NCBI RefSeq assembly: GCF_001447785.1
Contig: NW_015163125.1
Coordinates: forward strand, 256,344 to 320,343
Origin: Gekko japonicus
Taxonomy: Eukaryota
Length of the DNA: 64,000 nt
Reading direction: 5' to 3'
The notes below the pieces were generated by a model that saw only the letters and a program-made list of their open reading frames with translations, was not told where the DNA came from and did no database searches. Positions 36,001-45,000 of the stretch are shown here, one piece after another. Position 1 is the stretch's first letter, and every line of letters begins with the position of its first letter. Made by a program: the position numbers and the translations under genes.

Positions 36001-39000
36001 GGGGATGGATGATGACTGGGCCCCCAGGCGGGGGCTGGATGATGACCGGGCCCCCAGGCGGGGGATGGATGATGACTGGGGCCCCAGGCGGGGGCTGGAT
36101 GATGACCGGGGCCCCAGGCGGGGGCTGGATGATGACCGGCCTAGTTGGCGCAACACTGATGAGGACAGGGCCCCCAGGCGGGGGCTGGATGAGGACAGGG
36201 GCCCCAGGCGGGGGCTGGATGAGGACAGAATTTCAAGACGTGATGAAGATAGGGGACCATGGCGTAATGTAGATGAGGATAGAATTTCAAGACGTGATGA
36301 TGATCGTGGACCCAGGCGTGCTGGTGATGATGACAGAGGTCCTAGACGTGCAGACGATTCTAGACGTGGAGATGATTCCAGATCTGGACCTTGGAGACCA
36401 TTTGGTAAACCAGGTAAACTTGAATGCTTTTGTTGCTGGTTTCCTCTCCTGTTCAGGTTACTGTATACTTTGTTTAGTAATGTTTGCATTCACTGTTGCA
36501 CCACAGAAATATAGGGATTATTTTATGAGAGATGACTGAATCCATGTAATGAAAACTGTATAGGAAACTAAAGGATATGCTTATTGAAGGTGAGAACCAA
36601 AAATGATCCGTGGATAGTTTTTTCCATTTGTTCCTTACATTGTTGGTGCTGTAACGTAACATACCCTAATGGTACTTTTTTTTGGCACTCTTACCTAGAC
36701 TCATTTAGACATAGTTTTAAAATTGTATTGTTGTTGTTTGTTTGTTTTAAAAAATAATCCTATCTTTTCTTCTCATACTATATGGCAGCCAACAACATAT
36801 AAAAACATGACCAATTAAAATATGACAAACCAATATCAGTACAGGAAGAGTATAGCCCACATGTATACATTAAAATCCATATATAATCCCATTGTCTGTT
36901 GGGAAATGTCTATTGAAGTAGTACTGTTAACTGCTCCTCTAAAAGCCTGCAGTGAGTTTCAGTATTTAGTTCAGTCCACGAGGACTGAGAAGGCTGGGGG
37001 TGGAGTGGTGGTGTGAAGCATTAGTGGTGTGTGAGGGGAAAAAAAGTGTTTTTGTTTTTTTTTTAATTGGGTATATTCGACCTGAAAAATATCAGTATTT
37101 CCCAATATTGCCCTATCCCAATACTGGTATGGTATTCAGATTCAGTAAATATTCGGGAATCCCAAATTTATTCAGGTCCATTATACCCTATGGGGACCAT
37201 TGAAGTCAGTAGTAAATCTCCTGGGGTATATTCCGTGGTCGGGGAGAGGGGGTGAGCTAGAGGCACCGGTGTAGCTGCTGGAGCCTCTCCTCAAAAGAAC
37301 CCCCAAGTTTAAATTCTATGGACACCCAAAGACGTTGCCCCCATCCTACATTGTTTCCAGTGGGGGAAAATAGCAAGGCAATACAAACCCAGCAGAACGT
37401 CCCAGAGAATAATAGAAAGTGAAGTGTGTATGGGGGGGGGGAACTGAGGATCTCTGAAGTAGAAACGGGGGGGGGGGATTTCTACAAGGACAGCCGAACC
37501 AGTGCAGTGTACTAATGCCCAGCAGCAGAACCCAGTGCCATTGTGGCAAATGCCAGCACAACAGGACTGATCTCAAGCACAGAATCACAGAAGCACAGAA
37601 TCACAATCCCAGGGAGGAGGGGTTACAAGGACAGCAGAACCAGTGTAATAGTACCCAGCAGCACAACCCAAAGGGAACCAAGAACGGCCTGAGACTCTCG
37701 TCCTCACCCCCCCCCCTTCAACCACCAGGCCCAAACAAGTGACAAAAAAGTGCAAACCACAAAACCAAAAGAAACTAAAACCTAACCAAAGAGAACAAAA
37801 CAAAACAAAAACCCGAGGCCCTTGGCCTGACCCCTCCCCCAACCTACCACTCACCAAACCTGAAGAACAACTAACAGTAAAATAAGAAAACTTTTTAAAA
37901 AATGTTGTACTATCAAATCAGTCACTGTCTTTAGTTTTCTCCAGGCAGGCAGGATCTGATCTGACATCCACAACAGAGTTTCTCAGGCAGCAGGAGTCAA
38001 GCTCAGCAGCAGCTGGAGCCAAAGCCAGCCACACACACTCCAAACCTCTCGCAGCAATGGACTCTAGGCTCAGCCAGACCCTTGCTTTTATGCTCTTTGT
38101 TCATACACAGAAGAATTTCAAAAAAGAGCAGACTTCTGTGATTGGCGAAAGAGCAGTGTTTCCCCCTAACCTGAAATCCTGTTTGCCAACACTGCTCCTT
38201 CTGCCCTCCCTCCTGTTTACTGGGAAATGGGTGGGGGAAGCAAGGTAGTTAGCTGGACTTAACATTTGAAGCCAGCAACAACCTTGCAAACCTGCAGTGC
38301 AATGCCATTTGCAAATGCATTGCAGTGATTGGCTCTAAGGCACTACAGCTCCCCCAATGTGCTTTTGCCATTGGGCTGCTGAGTTACCTCTTCCCCCTTA
38401 CTCCTGTTGCCCTGTAAATCAGAGCAAAAGGTGGGAAAGAGCTCTAGAGGAGAGAAGTGACAGGTAACTTTGTAGCTCTTTAAAGTTTAAACCTCTCCAG
38501 CAGCAGCAATTAGATAAAGCCGAATAAAAGCTGAATAATTTCTGCTTTTTCGGTATCATCTATATCGGTAGCTGAATCAGATTCTGTACTCTGTATTTAG
38601 TTTAGAAAATACCTGAAAAATACCGCTAAGATATTTCTTGGGTATTTATTCTTCTCGGTTTATACCGAATGCCACACCCCTATGAGGCATGCCACCCTCA
38701 TGGAAGGCACAGTCATTCAGATATATGGGCGTCCAGGTGGTTGTGATTCAATGTATAATCTGTTGTGGTTTTTAAAATACTGAGTATACAAGTGCTAAGT
38801 AAAAAAAACATTGTACCTGTTTCACTAAACATATATAAACATGAAACGAGTTGTTATGCCATTCATACTTCCTAGGAATATCTGCTTTTATAATGAGAGA
38901 GTAGACCACGGAGAGTTCACTGTTTTGAACAATTTTGGGGCAAGTGTTATAGACTTCCTCTAATTTGATTGATCTGGTAAACTATCTTAAAGTGGGGAAA

Positions 39001-42000
39001 ACTATTGCTAGCGATCATATGCCCTTCTATTAATAAGTTTTGGGGCTTTTATAATATGGAAAGTGGTAACCAAAATTAGAAATTATTTGATGTTCCTCAG
39101 CACCAGTATCATATTTCTTAACAATCTGCAGGCTAGGAATCATCCAGTATCTTATGGCTGCCATCCAGACATGACAAGATCATAGCTGCTTATAGTGGAG
39201 AAATGTAATTTTCACATTGTGTAGTGTTGGCTTATTGGAAATCATATTTAGCTTTTTTTTGACACATTACAAAAACAACATAGATTCTGTTCAGTTTGTT
39301 ACTTTTATATAGACTGTTTGATAATCTGTTGCTCTATTACTTGCTAGAAATACAGCGGCTGTCTTCATGATAAACACCTGTCCACATTACATGCATTCTT
39401 GTGCTGCTGAAATTAGTCCACAAAATTTGAAATGCTTTGTTGTTAGGTGGATGGAGAGAAAGAGAAAAAGCCCGTGAAGATAGCTGGGGGCCTCCCCGAG
39501 ACTCCAGGCCTTCAGAAGATCGGGAATGGGATAGAGATAAAGATAACGATGAGAATGAAAAGGACCGAGAGCTTGACAAAGATCGTGACTTTGATCGGGA
39601 AGATCGCTTCAAGCGTCCTAGGTTTTGAATTTATTTGCTTTTAACAATGCTCATAAATTATTTTTCTTCTGTGAATCATTTCCCCTCCAATGCTATGAGG
39701 AGTCAAGCACTACACCAGAGAAATCTTATGATAGTTCAGTTGCACCGCATTGAGGAACATAATTGTATGAGTAAGTTCTAAGTAGTGATCAGCAGCCTAA
39801 AATACCTTCATAGATAAAGAAAGAAATGTCACAATTCTAAGTTGTTAAAATTTGCTTTGAAGGTATAAGTCACAGAATTGTTCGTAGTTTACTTTAAACA
39901 CAAATGTAAAAGGGTGAATTAGAATACCAACCTTAAAATCCAGTTTAGTTTTGTTCTATTACAGAGTCATCCCACCTGTGGGGGTCATTACTTAAAATAG
40001 GTACATGAAAACCAAAAGTCTCTTCAAGTCTCTAGTGCATTAACCACTAAACCATGAGGTTGGCCTTGGTGAAAACCTTGTATCCCAGACAATGATAGTT
40101 CAGTGTTGTCTTTTAAGAACTTTATTTAACATCACTGTAGTTATCTTTGAACATTAAAAAAAAAAGTAGAATATGTAAATAAGAGTATAAATAAAAAAGC
40201 AATACGTATCATCAGTATAAATATGAAATGCCGTTTCTAAAATTCTTACCAACCCTTTTCAGAAAAGAACCCACAACCCAGATTTGAGAGATTCAAGGGT
40301 TTTAGGATGTGGCTATCTTATATAAACATAATTATGTGAGTGTCATATGACTTTATTAAACATCTACTTTTTTTTCTGTAAAGGTGTGAAGTTGGACACC
40401 TCTGAACATTCCCAAAAATTACTGCTGCAAACTCTGTTCCATTTATTGCAATATTTATTCAGGGCATTAAGTATAGATTAATAAGTTATTCTTCTCAAGG
40501 CTGGAAACTGTAAGTTAGCTAGAATAATGCAACAAATGTGTTTTTGCAGAATTACACAAAAACCTAAAAGCGAACTCTCAAGTCTATTCTGTCAAAATAT
40601 CCTAAACAATGGTTTAAAGTTGAACTCTGCAACAGTTCCATTGAAATAGGTTTTAGATCATATAACTGGTTTAATACCAAAACGATCTGTTCTGCGGAAA
40701 CTGGAATTAAGAATTATTTCTTCTAAAATATTTTATTTGACTAAAGGGATGATCCTGGCTGGAGGAGAGCCCCAGCTGAAGAAACCTCCAGCTGGAGAGA
40801 GTCAGGTCGTCGTGATGAATGGGATCGACCTGGTCGTGACTCTAGAGATGACCGGAGTAGCCGTGACCTTCGAGATCGACGTGGTGAGGAGAGAGAAAGG
40901 AGAGGGCCACCACCTCCCAGAACAGATCGGGAAGAAAGTAAGATTATTTTCTGTTTAGGTGTTTCATATATAGTGTCAGGGAATTAATGAGGAAGGGGAC
41001 TCCCATTATCCAGATGTCTGGATAGACTGTATCACTGGATAATTATGGAGATAGCGAACATAAGAAGAGCCCTGCTGGATCACACCAGTGGTCCATCTTG
41101 TCCAGCATCCTGTCTCACACAGTGGCCATCCAGTTCCTCTGGAGGGCCAACAACAGGACATAGAGGCCGAGACCTTCCCCTGATGTCTCCTTCTGGCTCT
41201 GGGATTCAGAAATTCAGTGCCTCTGAATATGAAGGTACCCCCTCAGTCACTAGTAGCCACTGGTAAACCTATCCTCCATGAATCTCCCTTTCAAGCTGTT
41301 TATTGCTGTGACCATCACTACATCCTCTGGCAGTGAATGCCACATTTTAATCACTCTCTCTGTAAAGAAGTATTTCCTTTTGTCTGTCCTGAATCTACCA
41401 CCTATCAGCTTCATTGGATGCCCTCAAGTTCTTGTATTTTAGAGAGGGAGAAAATTTTCGCTTTATCAACTATCTCTAACCCATGCATAATTCTATAAAA
41501 TTCTATCATGTCGCCCCTTAGTTGTCTCTTTCCTAAACTTGAGAAGTCCCAGACTCTTCGGCCTATCCTGATAGGGAAGGTCCTCCAATCTCCTAATCAT
41601 CTTGGTTGCCCTCCTCTGTACTTTTTCCAGCTCTTTCATGCCTTTTTTGAGATATGTTGACCAGAACTGTACATAGTACTCCAAATGAGGCTGCACCATA
41701 AATCTATACAGGGGCATTATAATATTGGCCATTTTATTTTCAATCCTTTTCCTAATAATCCTGAACGTAGAGTTAGCCTTTTCCACTGCTGCTGCACACT
41801 GGGTTGACACTTTCATTGAACTATCTACTACAACCTCAAGTTCTTTCCCCCTCTCAGTCTCAACAAGTTAGATAAAATGGAACTAGCCAATTACTGCCCA
41901 GTGCCAAATTTGCCATGCCTAGGAAAGGGGTTGAGAGAGCAGTTGTTGAACAGCTTCAGGTCTTTTTGGATGAGACGTCTGCACTCAGTCCATTCCACTC

Positions 42001-45000
42001 CGGCTTCAGGCCTGGTTTGGGGACAGAGACAGCTCTTGTAGCTCGTCTGGACAATATCCGACTGCAGTTGGATCGAGGTGGTTCAGCACTTTTGATCTTG
42101 TTGGATCTTTCTGCAGCATTTGATATGGTGGACCTCCGAATTTTCATCCACCATATGGTCTCCCTTGGGATTCGTGGCACAGCCTTCTCTTGGTTTGCCT
42201 CATTTTTCCGGGGACACAGTCAGAGGGTGTTCTTTGGGTACAGGAGGTCTTCTGGGTGGCCTTTGGTCTGTGGGATACCCCCGGGAGCAGTCCTGTCCAA
42301 AATGTTGTTTTAACATTTATATGTGCCCTCTAGAGGAGCTTTTCAGGAGGATTGGGTTGGTTATCACCAGTATGCTGATGACACCCAGCTCTTCCTCCTG
42401 TTGGATAAACAACCAGAAGCAGCTCTCTTCTCCTCTGACCCAGTGCCTGAATGCCATTGTTGAATGGTTGAGGCAGAGCCAGTTGAAACTTAACCCAAGA
42501 CTGAAGTAATGTGGCTGGGTAAGACTGGACCTGTAGGGGGACTGCAGTTTCCAGCTCTGGCTTGGTTCCAGCTCTTAGTGGACTCCATGAAGAGTCTGGG
42601 GGTCTGACCGGATGCCTCTCTTACCTTGGACAAGCAGACTTCTTTCTGTCTATGCCAGGCCCATCAGCTGGCCCCGTATCTGTCCTAGCTGGACCTGGCC
42701 ACAGTGATTCATGCCACAGTCACCTCCAGAATAGACTACTGCAATTTGCTCTATGCATGGCTGCCCTTGTAGGCGATTCAGAGACTCCAGGTTGTCCAGA
42801 ATGCAGCTGCCAGGCTTCTGACCGGAACATCTTGGTCTTCTCATATACAGCCTGTCTTGAAGCAGCTGCATTGGCCGCCTACTAGTTTCTGGGTCAAATT
42901 AAAGGTGCTGCTTTTAACCCTTAAAGCCCTAAGTGGTTTGGGACTGTCATACCTAAGGGATCACCTCTCCTTTTACAACCCCCCTAAGCAGGTGCAGTTG
43001 TCATCTCATGGCCTACTGGTGGTGCCGGGCTCTTGGGTCGCATCTACCATAGTGAGGGCCTTTTCAGTTGTAGCCCCATCCTGTTAGAATGCCCTCTCAG
43101 ATGAGACCCGGGCCTTGCGGGACCTCCCTAGGTTCCACAGGGCCTGTAAGGCTGAGCTTTTCCATCAGGCCTTTCCCAGTTCAGTGTATTTGGGCGGTTG
43201 ACACCAGTTCCACAGCTATCAGTTGTAATTGTCGGCTTTTTATACTCTGTATTTTATACCAGGGTCATAGCTAGGTGGAGAGAACACTCCAGCTCTCCCA
43301 TCTTGGCTTGGAGATTCTAGCATTGGCATATAGACACCTATAATGTGTTTCCCTCACCAATAACCCTCAGCCCCTTAGTCGACACACATGGCCCTCAGTT
43401 TCCATCATACCCTCACTCCCAAGTTCTATTATTAGCCTGGGTGTTTACACAATTGTACCTTTGGACTGACTTGTCCTGTACCGGAGGCTCCCCATCTCCT
43501 GTCAGCTTCCCCCCTACGATTAATTTAAAAGCCGCTCTGCAACCTTTTTGATGTTCATTGCCAGCAGCCTCATTCCTGTCTCTTGTACAGGTTAGGCTTG
43601 TCCCAGAAAGTTCCCCAATGCCTAACAAATCTAAACCCTTCCTCCTGGCACCACTTTCTCATCCTATATTGAGACTTGTCATTCTTTAATTTTTTTCAGG
43701 TTTCACACTTGATATTCTTGCAAGGGGGTGTTGTGGAAGTGTTAAGCTTGTGTGTTTATGCATTGCAACTGGAGATGTAACATTTTTGGAAATTTTGAAG
43801 CCACAGGGATTTTTTTTTCCAGGAAAACAGAAATTTTGGGGGAGATTGAAATATATGCAGTACATGGCTTTCCTAGCAAACCTAAACATCTTTTTACACA
43901 CTGAAATGTTGTTGTTTAATAATCTCTTTATTGGTTTTCCAAAATAAACAAACAATCATATACAATGAAGTAACGCTTATTACAACAAAGTATTTCAGCA
44001 AACAAAAATAACCTGATAAATTCTCAAATTTTATCTGACTCTAGCCATAATTCAGCATATAATTCTCACCGTTTCCCAACCTAACCTTATAACTGTCCTT
44101 AGTGTAGATATTCTTATAGTTATTTTATATTTCTACAATATCTACCAAATTTACTTCTCCTTAATTTGCCATCAACACTTACTGCCTCCTAAACAACCCT
44201 GTATTCACCCAGCACATATTTCCTACAATTTGAACCCACATAAACAGAAACAATGATCATGCTTTCCTAATCATATCCAGAAGTGATATTATATAATGTT
44301 AAGAAATAAAGCTCAAACTTTATTCTCATTACTACAGCATTATACTACTACAGATATTTTAAATTAATATTTTAAAATAACACTTAACAAAATAATGTTA
44401 GCATAAAGTTTACATTTTCTTACTAACTTTCTAGAAATTAATCTAAAGTCAAATGCCACCCAATCAGTAGTCTGACATCAAAAATTCTATCATTTTCCGC
44501 CTCATTTCCTTTCTTAGAGACAAAAGTTTCAGCTAGACAACGTCCTTCCCTCTTCCATTCTCTACTTATATTAAGGTTTAACTTCCTTACATTAACATAA
44601 TTGAATCTTCCCCTTGATCTACTTACAACATTTAAGCTTGTATTACACAAATCATGTTTACCAGATATCTGTGCTTGCTACCCAAAAAACCAAACATCAT
44701 TTCTCATTTTACACTTACAAAAGAAGTTATTTCACCCCATGATACATATTGTTAAATAGCTTTCTGGGACACAATCTTCTTTATAATCGAAGATAAATGT
44801 CTTACCCCTTTATACTCGAGGTACTTCGTTCCCAAGCCTTGCCTGATTTACCAATTCTGTCTTAAGTAATTTGTTCTTTTTGTTGTTTTTCCTTGAAGAG
44901 TACTTCACTTTCCATTTGGTTACCACCTTTTCCTCTCCGTGAAATTCTCTTCACATAATCCTTTTTATCTGTCCCACTGTCTTAACTCGTTTTGCAGAGT

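Noticed and set aside
35801-36227. Regular 30-nt repeats resembling a CRISPR array
   Set aside because: Head-to-tail units without unique spacers, inside a spliced eukaryotic exon; no cas genes.
35545-36489. 314-aa antisense ORF (SSSPRLGPR repeats) and 180-aa alternative-frame ORF (GGGWMMTG repeats)
   Set aside because: Shadows of the 30-nt EIF3A coding repeat; a stop-free unit keeps other frames open.
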